From: Nymphaea colorata
Lineage: Eukaryota
DNA length: 64,000 nt
Reading direction: 5' to 3'
Assembly (NCBI RefSeq): GCF_008831285.2
Contig: NC_045138.2
Location: 9,858,001 to 9,922,000, forward strand
Shown: piece after piece, positions 50,101 to 62,470 of the stretch
Layout: the number at the start of each line of letters is the position of its first letter
Position numbering within the stretch: the first letter of the stretch is position 1
Notes under the pieces: model-generated
Told to the model about the DNA's origin: nothing
The model's database searches: none
What the model saw: the letters and a program-made list of their open reading frames with translations, nothing else
Program-made: the position numbers and the translations under genes

Positions 50101-51899
50101 GAGTAACAATTTCAATTTTGTTCGATTTTCCTTCATTCTTCTCTTTACAAGGTATCAGAACTCAAGATGTCTTAGTTCCTTCTTTCTTTTCAGGACTCCC
50201 TACAAAAAGCATTTGTAAAACAATTAGTCAATGAAATAGAACCCATAAGAACATTCAAGTCAGAATTACCAAAATTTACTCAGATTCACAAGCAAGAATA
50301 CCATTTGTCCTTAGTTAACAATCTAATTGATGAAATTAACATTGGAACTAGTGAGAATAATATGACCCTTCAAATTGGCAAAAAGTTTGTCAGTAGAAGA
50401 AAGGAAAAAGTTGGTAGCCTTCCTTATAAGTCACTAAGAAGTTTTCGCATGGACCTATGAAGAAATGTTCGGCCTAGACCCCTTGTTGGTTGAACATCGT
50501 TTGCCTCTAAGTCCCAATTGCAAGCCAATGAAACAAAAACTACACAAGCTTGATCCTCGACTATAATGACCTATAAAGGAAGGATTAGAGGACCTATTAA
50601 AGGCAAAATTTATTTGTGCTATTGATTACCCTGAATGGTTGGCTAATATCATAGTTTTTTTTTTTAAGAAAAGCAGCAAAGTCAAGCTATGCATTGACTT
50701 TTGAGACCTGAATAAAGCCACATCGAAAGATGATTACCCTTTTCAAATATCGATATATTGGTAGATAGTACTTCAGTTCATACCATATTCTCTTTTATGG
50801 ATGGATATTCGGGCTACAACCAGATCAAGTTAGCAGAAGGATCAGCACAAAACCACTTTTACCACACCCTCGGGCACATTTTGTTACACGGTAACATCAT
50901 TTGAATTAATGAATGCTGGAGAAACTTATCAAATAGCCATAGCTGCTATCTTCTATGACCAAATGCATAAGATGATGGATGCATATTTCGATGACATCTT
51001 AATTAAATATAACATAAGAGAGGTTCACCTTGGAACCCTCACCCAAGTGTTTGGGTTGAATCAGGTAAACTTTTGAGTTTCATGATTTGTAAGAGAGAGA
51101 TCAATGTGGATCTTACCAAAGCTAAAGTGATTATCGATATTCCACCATCTACCAATATCCAATTTTTACTTTTTCATGTTGAGATTAGCATTGATTCATT
51201 TTTTTTTAAGTACATAAATCTAATTTACATTCGACACTTAACTTTCAATGCTTCATAGATCCATTTGTTGTGGTGGTTATGACATTTCCAGAGCAAATTA
51301 TGTCTGTTTGACTCATTATAACCCACCCCCACCCCCAAAAAAAAAATAAAAACACACGTTAAGACTAATTTTAGTTAGATTTATAGTATCCTCGATTATA
51401 GACATTATATAAGATTATGCAACAATCTAAGGAAAAAAAGCATTGTATATTGCTTGTAGATCTTAAGTGTATATGCGATCAGTTTTTTAGTTTTAGACAC
51501 TAGCATCAAATGATCATATCAAATTGAGTAAAAGCAATTCTAAAAATTGATATTGCACATAACATTGTAGTTCTTTTTCTATGTTCTTATGTGTTCTTAG
51601 GCAGGGGTTAACTCCAATATCTACATAAGTTACTTAGGAACTAATAAGAAACAGAATTACCATTGCTTCCACATTGGAAGACTGTTTGGTGATCGTAATG
51701 AAGTTTGCCAAGGAAATCAATTTGCTTAGCAGGTCATAAACATAATAAATTAGCTGATAATATCAATTGTCAGCTGAACCTCAAAGTATATTCCAACGCA
51801 AACTATTTTCCTTTATTTCCAAAAAAATAAAAAACAATTAAAAAATGATAGAAACAAAATATACAGCAAACCACAAGACCATCAACCCTTTACAATTGG

Positions 51900-53100
51900 T
51901 TTAGCCACCAAGAAGATGGTTGCACTCATGACACCCACTAAGGGGAACCATCAACATTCAAGAGATGAATGGTCTCCTTATTGGGACTGTCATCAAGCAA
52001 AATAAACTTAATAGCATTGCGGTATGCACTAGTACATTTTCAAAAAGAAAAACAAATCTCATTGAATTGAAAGTCTTAGGCAAGATCTCCATCACATTGA
52101 ACTCCCTATTATCTTCACAACACCTCTGATGCCAAGGAATTTGAGCAATATTGCTCCAAGCACTTCCTCTACTTTCCAGCCTAATTCTTGCCACTCATGC
52201 AACAATTCAACTCTTTTCATATGACAATTTCTAGTTTGTGCCTATTTTTTCTCAACATACAAGCCACAGAGGTCCACCACCTATCATCATCAAAGAAGAC
52301 CAAGGACCTGACCTTATAGATGTGCTCATCCATAATTCAATTGTACTATGCCATCTACGGGCCCAAGGGGCACTACAAAAGATGTTTTTCATGATGTATT
52401 TTGACCAGGGATTCTTCTTCCAAATGAAAGTCATCTTTTCTTTCTTGAAAAGAAGATATTAACTGCTTTGTGTTTCTTCACTTATCAAAAAGATAAAGAA
52501 AAAAAAATGAAAATTTTTGTCCTTCACTAAGGTTAGGTTCAATAGAACATGTGGAGTGCTGTAGGATTTTTAAGCTTACTATGTTGCCATATCCATGTAA
52601 CTGGAAAGAAAAAAGAAAAACAAAATAAGAAAGGGAAAAAATACATGTGTTTGTGGAAAAGGCATGCTTAATTTCCATTAATTGATATAAGTACTATTAT
52701 TGGTACTAAAGTGATCTGACCTATTATAGTGAAGGATTCTAAGGAATCATACAGCCTCACAACTCATTTATGTAAATATATGAATTCTTTAACCTAAGAG
52801 GTTGAGACACTAAGCACACGTCCCACTACTCCTTATCACTGCTTGTTATTTGAGATCTAACACTAAGCCTTGCACCAAGCAGCTAACGAAATGCCCCCAT
52901 TGATTGCTTCAGCCATAAGAATGACAATGGACGAGTCAAAGCAATCCTCCACTTTTCGATAAGAAATATCGGGGTACACCGACCCAGCTTCTTCATATCC
53001 TTCATCAATCAAGAACTTAAATTGGTTGTCATCAATGAAAATATTATCCTGGTTTCCAACCAAACATATGGACCAAATGTATCAAAAAAATGAAGAAGAA
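51900..53100 (-). mobile_element. Probable LINE 3' fragment (post-RT region and RNase H-like start)
   Basis: Minus-strand Trp-rich segments (SAPWARRW...MIGGGPLW; ISLAAWCK) and HLLNVDGSP, resembling the KLNVDGS RNase H start of plant L1. Confidence 0.4.
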
Positions 53101-53949
53101 GAAAAAAAGGAGGGCTCCAGGCAATAGAAACAGCATATTTTTCATTTCAAGAGGAAAAGAAGAAAATCACTATATAGTATTATGGATAATGGTCGACACC
53201 ACCACAAGCTGGCTGTCATGCATGAGGAAGGAGGATTGTATCACTCTATTCAGCAATACCTCATCAATTTGTTGTTGATGAAGTAGAAAGTGATGGATCT
53301 GTATACAAATCCACTAACCATCATTTAACTGTGGTATCATGGCAAATTTAATTAGCTACCCAAATTCTATTATGGTATGTCTACTTTCATATGGTTTACT
53401 AGTTCAAATTAGGTAAGCTTTTTCTAGCTTGATTAGCTACATTTTCCGTGCTTGATTGTTGCATTTGGATTTTAAAGGCGACTGGATGTTTTTGTGAAGG
53501 TAGATTGGCTGATGCAGAAGTTTTGCTAACTTCTTAAGTTATATATATATATATATATATATATGCTTGAAACTAGCCACTCAACCAGATAGATTCTTGT
53601 TCAAGTTATGATGACGTTGATATGAGAATAGTCACAAGTTTTATCAATATGAACCCAGATGGAACACCCATCAGATTCCTAAGAATAATCTGACAAAAAA
53701 CCTTACAATTTAATATGGAACAAATATCTAGATGAATGAATGATGGACTTGGAAAGAAACAGACAAAAGTCGTGGTTCATAAATATATTGTATATGGTGA
53801 TGCATGAATATATGAAAATATTATATAGATGTATCTACATTCACATGGAATTATTTTTGTATTAAAAGTAGGGAGATGAAAAATAGATTTTATATTCCAA
53901 CCTGAAGAAATTAAGTATGTATATAATATATGGGTTGGGTGCATACATG

Positions 53950-56900
53950 GTAAATATAAATTCTTACACTTTAGAATGTTTATAGAAGGATGTGTAAGTA
54001 ACTTCTCACTTTATACACTCATGATATGGGTTTTTATTAACCCACGCCAGTTTTTGCTTGGGTTTAGTGGCCCAATAATTGATTTAGTGTTGGGAAGCAT
54101 GACCATGGTTAGACTTTATGGAGTCACCAGAGTATGCTTTGTAGTGGTAAATCCTATGTTAGGATGCATAAAAGGAAATGAACACCAACCATGTCACAAC
54201 TAAAGACACATGTTAGCGCAAGCTGAGTCCAGTGGGTGGCTGGTGGCTAGTGGCTGGCTCTATCTCGGGAGGTGGTGTTGTGGCATGAGGTCAGTATGAC
54301 CACCACTTATTTGCCAGCACTGGATTGCCCACAAGGTATTGGACAGCATAAGAAAATTGGATTCTATTATTGTTTAGAGAGTGAGGCATCACTTGGTTCC
54401 TCTACATGGGTGCTTAAAGGGGTCGTGCGACTACTTCAGTTAATGATGGTGGTTTGACATTGCTGTTGCAGTAGCGATCTGGTATCAGAAGAGGCTTCGC
54501 TATAGGTTACCCTTGACCTATGTGGATTCCCTGGTGAAGATTTACTTTGTTTTGCATATATTTGTTTTGCCCACATGGTTTTTTGTTGATGCTTGTCACT
54601 ATAATCATAGTTAGTGGTCAATGTACAATCGGTGTGACCTTGTTAGCCATAATGGATCACATTACCTCGTTTGTGATAAAAAAAAACTATTTGCTCTATG
54701 ATGTGGCATGAAACCTATGGCTCATAAGCAGTAGACATGAACTGCATAACGTGTTTGTTTTGATGTAAATATATATTTATTTACCAAATCATGTTCCACC
54801 TATGGTTGGATATTGCCTTACACAGAACAATCTGACCATTTTTTCTTTTAACTCTATATGTAGCTCTTGATTGACTAACGGCTTCTAGATGGACTTTTTT
54901 AGTTTTGTGATGGGACAGCATTGGAGATCTAGGCCTTGAATCGAGTCTAGGGTTATTGTGGATGTCTTGTTAGTTGTTTCTATGTTTGTCTTTGACAGAC
55001 TCTACATGATTCCTTGAAACTATAGTTCTCACATATTTTGGCTTGTATGGTTGTTATTACTCAAGTTGTGAGTTTGTACTAAAGTTTAAACGTTTGTTTC
55101 CTTTGTGTTGAAAAAAAAAGTGGTTCAAAACTTGGGTCATGACAACTTTGGTATTAAACCTTAGTGTCTAGAGTCCATGTCCAATACTAAGTGTCAACTG
55201 CAAAAGGGAGGAAAGTTTTCTGAGCTTGTTATACAGGGGTGCTTATGCTTAAGTATGGGCAAAATCCTAAAGTTCTAAAATAAACCTAAATGCTTACTTT
55301 AGCTACATTCATAAAAGCCTTGTCTTTGATTTCCCTATGATCCATATGGCACACACCAGAGGAGGTAGTGTGGAAGGAAGAGGCACAGATCCCTGCAATC
55401 TTGGGGATCAAAATGCAGATATTCATCCTTCTGAATATATAGCACTAATGGAAACATCCAACAACAACAAGAGTTTTTATAAACACTTTATTTATAATCA
55501 CTGGCTTAATGCATAACCCGGTGCAGACTATTCCATTTGGTGGAAACGACACAGATATGGACATGACAAGGAACCAAGACACAATGGGTCTAACTCACAA
55601 ATAGTTTATGAATTTTCATCTACCAAAGTTTCATGGGGAAGACATAGTTGATGATGTAGAAGAACGGACAAAGGAGATCGAGAAAATTTTCACTACTTCA
55701 TATGCACCTGACAACAAAAAGTTTAATTTGGAAGCTTTAAGCTAAAAGGGGATGTTGAAGGATGTTGGTGGACACAACATGATGTGAAGTTCACTAATCA
55801 CAATACAATTTGGAAGGAATTCAAGAGAACATTCATAAATGTCTTCCTACCAACATTCACAAAAGAAGAATGCATGCAAGAATTTTTGGAGCTTCAACTG
55901 ATGAACATGATCCTGCATAACCTGGTCAAATTCAGGCAATTGAAGAAGTATCACCTACATGTTTAGATATGGATATAGATAGAACAAACATATTCATAAG
56001 AAAACTAAAAAATGGGTTGATGCAATTGACATGACTACATGCTTTAAAAAAGACTAGAACACGATTCATGGAGTGGATAAGAGTAACCAATTTTTCAAGC
56101 ATAGGTTAAAGCCAATTCGTTCAAGAGAAAGCACAATGACAGAATGAAGTAGGGGGAGAGGTTCAAGAGATGGAGGTCTCATCACTTAAGAAGGACACAG
56201 GGTGTCCCAAGTATCAATGTCAACATCTAGTGAAACCATATTTTGGGGATACAGGAGCATGTCTACATTGCAGGACAAAGGGGCATTTTATTTGGGAGTA
56301 GCCAAAGAAGAAAGAGGTAGAACAAAAGCAAACTAGGACCAACCGTTTAGTAAAAGTACCTTGGAGAGTCTATGCTACCACCATAGAGGACGTGAAATCC
56401 ACTGATCTTATTGAAAATAGATTTCTAATAAATTTTTACTAGGCACATGTTCACTTTAATTTAGGTGCATTGCATTCATTCATTTGTTTGCCGAACTCTT
56501 AAACATGAAAAAAAAAACATGTCATACCAAATATTAGTCTTTATACCAATGGGAAAGAATGATACATGTAGAACATACTTAGATGACATCAAAGTAGAAA
56601 TACAATGATATTTATTACTTACATACCTAGTGACAATGAACATGGTAGGGTATGACATAATCCTAAGAATGTATTGGTTCTACCATCATTATGTAGTCAT
56701 AGACTGTAGAAAAAAAAAAATAAGTATTCAAATAGGAAAAGATCAAACTGTAGAATTTGGAGTGAAAAGCTTCAAGATGAAAGCAAGCTAATCATCCCAA
56801 CCTTCAAGGCAAGTAGATACATGGAAAATGAGTGCATAGCATACTTGGTCAGTGTAAGTACAATTAACATCTATTAAGGAGGCAACCATTGTGAAAAATT

Positions 56901-59345
56901 TTGTTGATGTGCTTGTTGAAGACTTGCCTAGATTGCCTTTGTTACGAGATGGTGGAGTTTGGTATTGAACTCATACTTGGAACTGCACCCATATCTAAAG
57001 CTCCCTATAGAATTGCACCAGCAATACTAGAAGAGTTAAAAACATATTAGCAAGAAAATGCTTCATTTGATCGAGTGTGTTGCCTTGAGATGAATCATTT
57101 CTACTTGTGAAGAATAATGATGGTTTGATGCGATTATGAATTGGACATCAGATGTTGAACCAAGTTACAAAAAAAAACAAGTACCCACTGCATAGAATGG
57201 AAAATTCATTCAATCAATTGAAGAATGCAAAGATGCTTTTCAAAATTGTCCTCATATCAGGATATTATCAATTATGAATTATGGAAAAATACATTTTCAA
57301 AACAACTTTTTGTACACGTTATGGGCACTATAAGTTTCGAGTCATGACATTCGGACTCACTAATTCACCTACCACTTTTTATGGACCTCATGAACTCAAA
57401 ATTCCATTATTATTTAGACCATTTTATCATAGTGTTTATTGATGATGTACTAGTATACTTAGTATGAGAAGCTTCACATGCACTGCACCTTGAGCTAGTG
57501 TTGGAAAAATTGAGGCAAAATCAACTTTATACCAAGTACTCCAAGTATGAGTTTTGGTTAAATGTGGTAAACTATTTGGGGCATGTAATCCCAAAAAGGG
57601 TGACTCAGTTTATCTGACAAAAATAGAAGTCATTCAGTAATGAATTGTGTCTGCCAATGTCATAAAATTAGAAGTTTTCTTGGTTTGGTTAGTTATTATT
57701 GAAAGTTTGTTCAAGATTTTTGAAAAATTTCAGCCCTAATGACTTAATTGCTACAAAAGGGAGTCAAATTTGAGTGGGCAGAATCTTGTGAAAAGGGTTT
57801 TCAAACCTTGAAGGATAAATTGACCAACACACCAATTCTAGCATTTCTAAAAAGACAAAAAACATTTGTTGTTTACTCAAATGCATCAGGAACAGGTTAT
57901 GGGGGAATGCTTATGCATGGAGATAAAGTTATAGTTTGTACCTCTGAATAATTGAAAGCACATGAAAAGAATTACCCCACTCACATTCTGGAGCTAAGAA
58001 TTGTGGTGTTTGCACTAAAGATGTAGAGATATTATCTTTATGGAGTAAGATTTGAGGTATTCTCTGACCATAAGTCTCTTGAATATCTTTTTTTTTTAAA
58101 AAAAAAAAGCTAGGACAGATGAGATGGTTTGAGTAGCTAAAGGATTATGACTCCAGAATAAAGTACCATCTAGGAAAGGCTAATGTAGTGGTAGATGAAC
58201 TTAATAAAAAGGCTGCACCTAATTCTTGTGGACTGCTACTATAGACATGGAGGCTGATAGAAGACCTTAGACAATGACATTTGATGCAAGATGATGGCGG
58301 AAAGGTGGTGTGTTTTGCATTGCTTAGAAACACATTCCTATAAGAAATCATTGAGAAGCAAAAGCAGAATCCTAAATATGAAAGGCTAATGGCCGAAAGA
58401 CAAAAAAAAAAGACATTGCATTTTATCAAGATGGTGATGATTCTATATGGTTCAATAGTATGCTATGTGTTCCAAATGGTCCAAAAATGAAGAATAAGTT
58501 ATTGAGAGACACACAAAACAAGGTATGTCATACATTTGGGAAGCACCAAAATATATCAAAACATAAAAAGAAATTTTTGATGGGCCGGAATCAATAAAGA
58601 CATTACAGAGTTTGATCTCACAATACTTAGTACGGCGGTAAATTAAGGTGGAACACCAAAAGCCTTTTGGTTTGATGCAGGAAATTGAGATCCCTCAATG
58701 AAAGTGGAATAATATTCTAATGGATTTTGTGGTAGGGTTACCACCAGAAGATAACATAATTATATTTGAGTAGTGGTGGACTGTTGATTAAATTTGCACA
58801 CTTCTTACCAATTAGGAATTCACAATCCCTTGAGAGTTTCGCAGACTTATATGTTGAGAGATCATTAGACTCCATGGAATCCCTAAGTCAATCATCTCCT
58901 AAGTCAGTCATCTCATATGAGGATCATATATTCACATCTAACTTTTGGGAAAACTTATAAGAAACATTACACTAAGTTAAATTTAAGCATTGCATTTCAT
59001 CTCCAAGCTGATGGATGGTCAAAATGAACCATCCAAACAATGAATATATACTTAGAGATTGCATGTTAGAATGGAAGGGTGAATAGGACAGGCATGTGAA
59101 GCAGGTAGAACTCACCTGAAAGAGCAGTTTGCACTCCAATATTGGGATGGCTCCATCTCAAGCTTTATATGGTCGACTTTGTAATCACCAACCAATTGAA
59201 CTAAAATGAGAGATAACAAGATTGAGGATTCCTTATTAATTCAACATTATATTGATCAGGTTCTGCCAAACTCATCAGAAGGGTTTTGCAAATCAACGAT
59301 GAAGGGAGTTAACATTTGATGTGGGAGACCATGTGTTCATCAAAA
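53950..59345 (+). mobile_element. Decayed Tekay/Del-like Ty3/gypsy (3' end of 5' LTR, PBS, gag-pol)
   Basis: LTR end GGGTCATGACA at 55144, then TGGTATTAAACC (Met-type PBS-like). Gag LPKFHGE, knuckle CLHCRTKGH, RT ([29 protein letters not shown]), RNase H (HEKNYPTHILEL; YHLGKANVV), integrase (WNNILMDFVVGLP). The 5' boundary is a guess. Confidence 0.82.
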
Positions 59346-59379
59346 GAATGTTCTCACATGTCATCAAGATGCTGACTTT

Positions 59380-60260
59380 ATTTGCTTATTGGGTAGATTA
59401 TGCATTTCTTAGAGTTTTTGGTGTACATGTTATCCATATTTGTGCTCCTACAATAATCACAAGCTTCAGTTTCTCAGCAAGAAATGTCTCTTTCTCGGGT
59501 ATAGCAGTCGACATAAGGGTTATGTTCGTTATGATCTTGATATATACCAGGCATGTCTATATTAATCGACATGTTATCTTCAGCGACAAGAGTCCCCATT
59601 CAAAAAGGAAACTACATCAACTCCTACACCAACTAGCGAGCCAACATATGAACCAAATAATATCCATACCCTACCCATAACTTACAATGAGTCCAATGAG
59701 CTCACCACCAGGGTCCGTCACCACCACACACAATTTGTACACGGACCTTAACCACACACTCGAAATGAAACTGTCACAGAGCCCATAAAGACATAAATGA
59801 CCATACTGTCCCCTATTGAAACCCATAGTGAACCATTACCATTTAGCCAAACCCAAACTAGAACTCACCATATGATTACATGATAATCTCAAACAGGTTC
59901 ATTAAAAGTTGAACCTTCACTACCACCCATCCTCTAACACCTACCATTGACGTAGAACGTACTTTCTTTTAGCAAGCTATGAAGCACGATCTTTGGAAAA
60001 ATGCTATGCTTGAAGAATATTTTGCTCTTATGAAAAATAATATATGGACTCTTGTTCCTCCTCTCCACACTATAAACTGATCAGCAACAAATGGATATTC
60101 AAGATCAAAATCAAATCTGATGGCACAACTGAACGCTGTAAAGTGAGACTTGTGGCTCGTGGACTCATTCAGGTTGAGGGTGTCGAGTACTTCGACACAT
60201 TTAATCCAGTCCTTAAGGCCACTGCAATGCAAACTATTCTCACTATTGCTATCACTGGCT
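59380..60260 (+). pseudogene. Ty1/copia internal fragment (integrase end to RT start)
   Basis: FLRVFG, AMLEEYFALMKNNIWTLVP, KWIFKIKIKSDGTTERCKVRLVARGLIQVEGVEYFDTFNPV. Confidence 0.88.
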
Positions 60261-60461
60261 TACATGACAACTTGATGTGCAGCGGATCTTGGGCTTCCGT
60301 CATTCTGGCAAAAAAAAAAGCAGTGGCTGAAGTTCTGGAGGTCTTCAGGTGCGGAAGAAAAGAAGGGGAAGAAGAAGGGAAAAAAAGGAAAACGAAAAAG
60401 GATATTGAGCAGACCATTGGAGAAACGAATAATGATTGTGTCGAAAATGTAAGGGCTTGAC

Positions 60462-60612
60462 GCCAGAGCTGAAAATGCAGGTGCTGGGTGCCAGAGCTGA
60501 AACTGCAGGTGCTAAGCAAGTTGAACAATGCTAGTGATCAGAAGGACGATGACCGGCAGTAGTGATCAGAAGGACGACGACCGACGGTAGTGATCAGAAG
60601 GACGGCGACCGG
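60462..60612. repeat. Two adjacent tandem repeats, both with a 28-bp period
   Basis: GCCAGAGCTGAAA.TGCAGGTGCT at 60462 and 60490; TAGTGATCAGAAGGACG..GACCG at 60532, 60560 and 60588. Confidence 0.9.
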
Positions 60613-61808
60613 AGAGACGAGGAACACCAGAGCAGAGGGAAAATTTTGGGAAAAGCATGGGACAAATGGCATTCGTGGGAATTTAACAAGTTCTTTCCCT
60701 AACGATGCAGGGATTACGATATGAAAGACTCGTGATGATTTTTCAACCAACATAGGTCTATAATGCATCTTTACTATTACATTAATAAAGGCCTCACTAA
60801 TGGGAATGCATGTTTACCTTGTGTTATCAAGTCCATTCTACCAGTGTGGGTCTGGATTGAAAATTAGAGGCCACACAAAATCAGCTAAAAGGGAACGTGG
60901 ATCTGGCCATGTTAACTTTCTCTAATCATAAGTAATCAAATCTTGAACTTAATTCCATAAAATGGATTTGCAATGAAATTTGACAATTCAACTTGATCTA
61001 TATCAAAAACATACAAAATTATTATTATTATTATTGCACTGATCAATACAAACGAATATTAATAATAGGGAGAATTTAAATTAGCTTGCTGCTGGAAATT
61101 ACAGGATAATTAAAAGACTTGAACTTATTACTAAAAGTGCCATAATCCTTTTCTATTGCTATGTCATAAGTCCATGCTAATATCTCTTACAGCTAAAGAC
61201 TTTTAGAGGCAGTTACATATTTTGGCCTTTCACATTCAATGGGTTTGATCAAGCCATCTCTTAATTTGTGAGTCTGACACAGCGTATTTCCAAGCACTTT
61301 TTGCTTGTAGTCCTTTTCCAGATGCTCCTTTGATCCTCTGAGATTTTGAAAAAATAATAGTACCTTCTTTTTTTAACGAGATTAAATTTGAATGAGAAGG
61401 GTAAAAATTAGACGCAGGTTGTGTAATCTGTGTATATTTGGCCGCTTTTCTGAATCTTTTATATTTTTGTTCTTTTGTGGATGCCTATGTATTGGGAACA
61501 AAAGGCCGAGAAGACCCAATCCCCAAGCAGGATTTGCATGTGAGGTTTTCATTTTCAATTTGCCAGTGAAACCGTGGGCCAGCTTGTGAAATTGAGAAAA
61601 ATCAAGCCAGTTATTAAGTTCAGAAAACTAACTGGTATTTGAAGGAAAGAATATGGGCATAGCGTGATTGCCATGACTAATGTGATCGTGACCGCATGTC
61701 ACAAGTATCATGTGCTAACAAATCGCCAACAATCAACACATTTAATTTGGAGCACCAACTTGTTTCTATAAATGTGCATTACATTAATTTGCTACAATGA
61801 AAATTTAA

Positions 61809-62260
61809 GTTCCAATTTTTAATAAAATAATTAACAAGACAAACTTGATTTTGGTTACTTTCATTTCACATCCTAAAAGGCCGTTTGGTAGTCTCACATT
61901 GGATTTGAGAATAGTGAATTTAAGATCAGACATTCCCTTTCGATCTTAAATCCAACATTTTTTCAATGCAAAAAAGTAAAATAATGATTTTCGAGTTTAG
62001 ATCTTAAGTCTGACCTAGGATGATCCCTAGTCTAATTGGCCTTGGATTTTGTTCCAATTTTTTTATAAAATAATTAACAAGACAAACTTGATTTTAGTTA
62101 CTTTCATTTAACATCCAAAAAAGGGGTTTGATAATCTCGGACTTGAAATCTTGAAGAGTTGAGAACATTCAATTTTAAGATCAGACCATCCCTCCTCTGA
62201 TCCCAAATCTGACAATTTTTCAATGCAAAGAAGTAAAATAATGATCTTAAGTGTAGTTCC
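61809..62260. repeat. Diverged direct duplication with a period of about 242 bp
   Basis: GTTCCAATTTTT..ATAAAATAATTAACAAGACAAACTTGATTTT.GTTACTTTCATTT at 61809 and 62051, with similarity continuing to CAATGCAAA.AAGTAAAATAATGAT. Confidence 0.85.
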
Positions 62261-62470
62261 TAGGTAGGATCCTTAGTTTGATAACTGTAAATTTTAGTTG
62301 CCATGGATCTTTTGTCACGTCAGTAAAAGCTTGCTACCTCAAATCCACATTAGATCCACGGACTTCAAATCTGAAATAATCAAATGCCACTTAACATACA
62401 ACAAAACAAACATATGGTTGAAAAAAAAAATCAAATTTTTTTACCCTACACTAAGTGAGTGGAAGCCATG

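Larger units (their letters stand above)
41264..51160 (+). mobile_element. Decayed Ogre/Tat-clade gypsy, copy B: 5' LTR, PBS, extra ORF, gag, protease and RT; truncated in RT
   Basis: LTR TATTATCACCCC...GGGATGTAAACA followed by TGGTGACT (Ogre-type PBS-like). EFIKYDGTICPHVH (gag), YNFILGQPWI (protease), IDYPEWLANI...LCIDF*DLNKA and SFMDGYSGYNQI (RT). Same family as 10050-21880. Confidence 0.87.

Noticed and set aside
60462..60612. Possible CRISPR-like repeats
   Set aside because: They are head-to-tail tandem units without unique spacers, in eukaryotic context with no cas genes.
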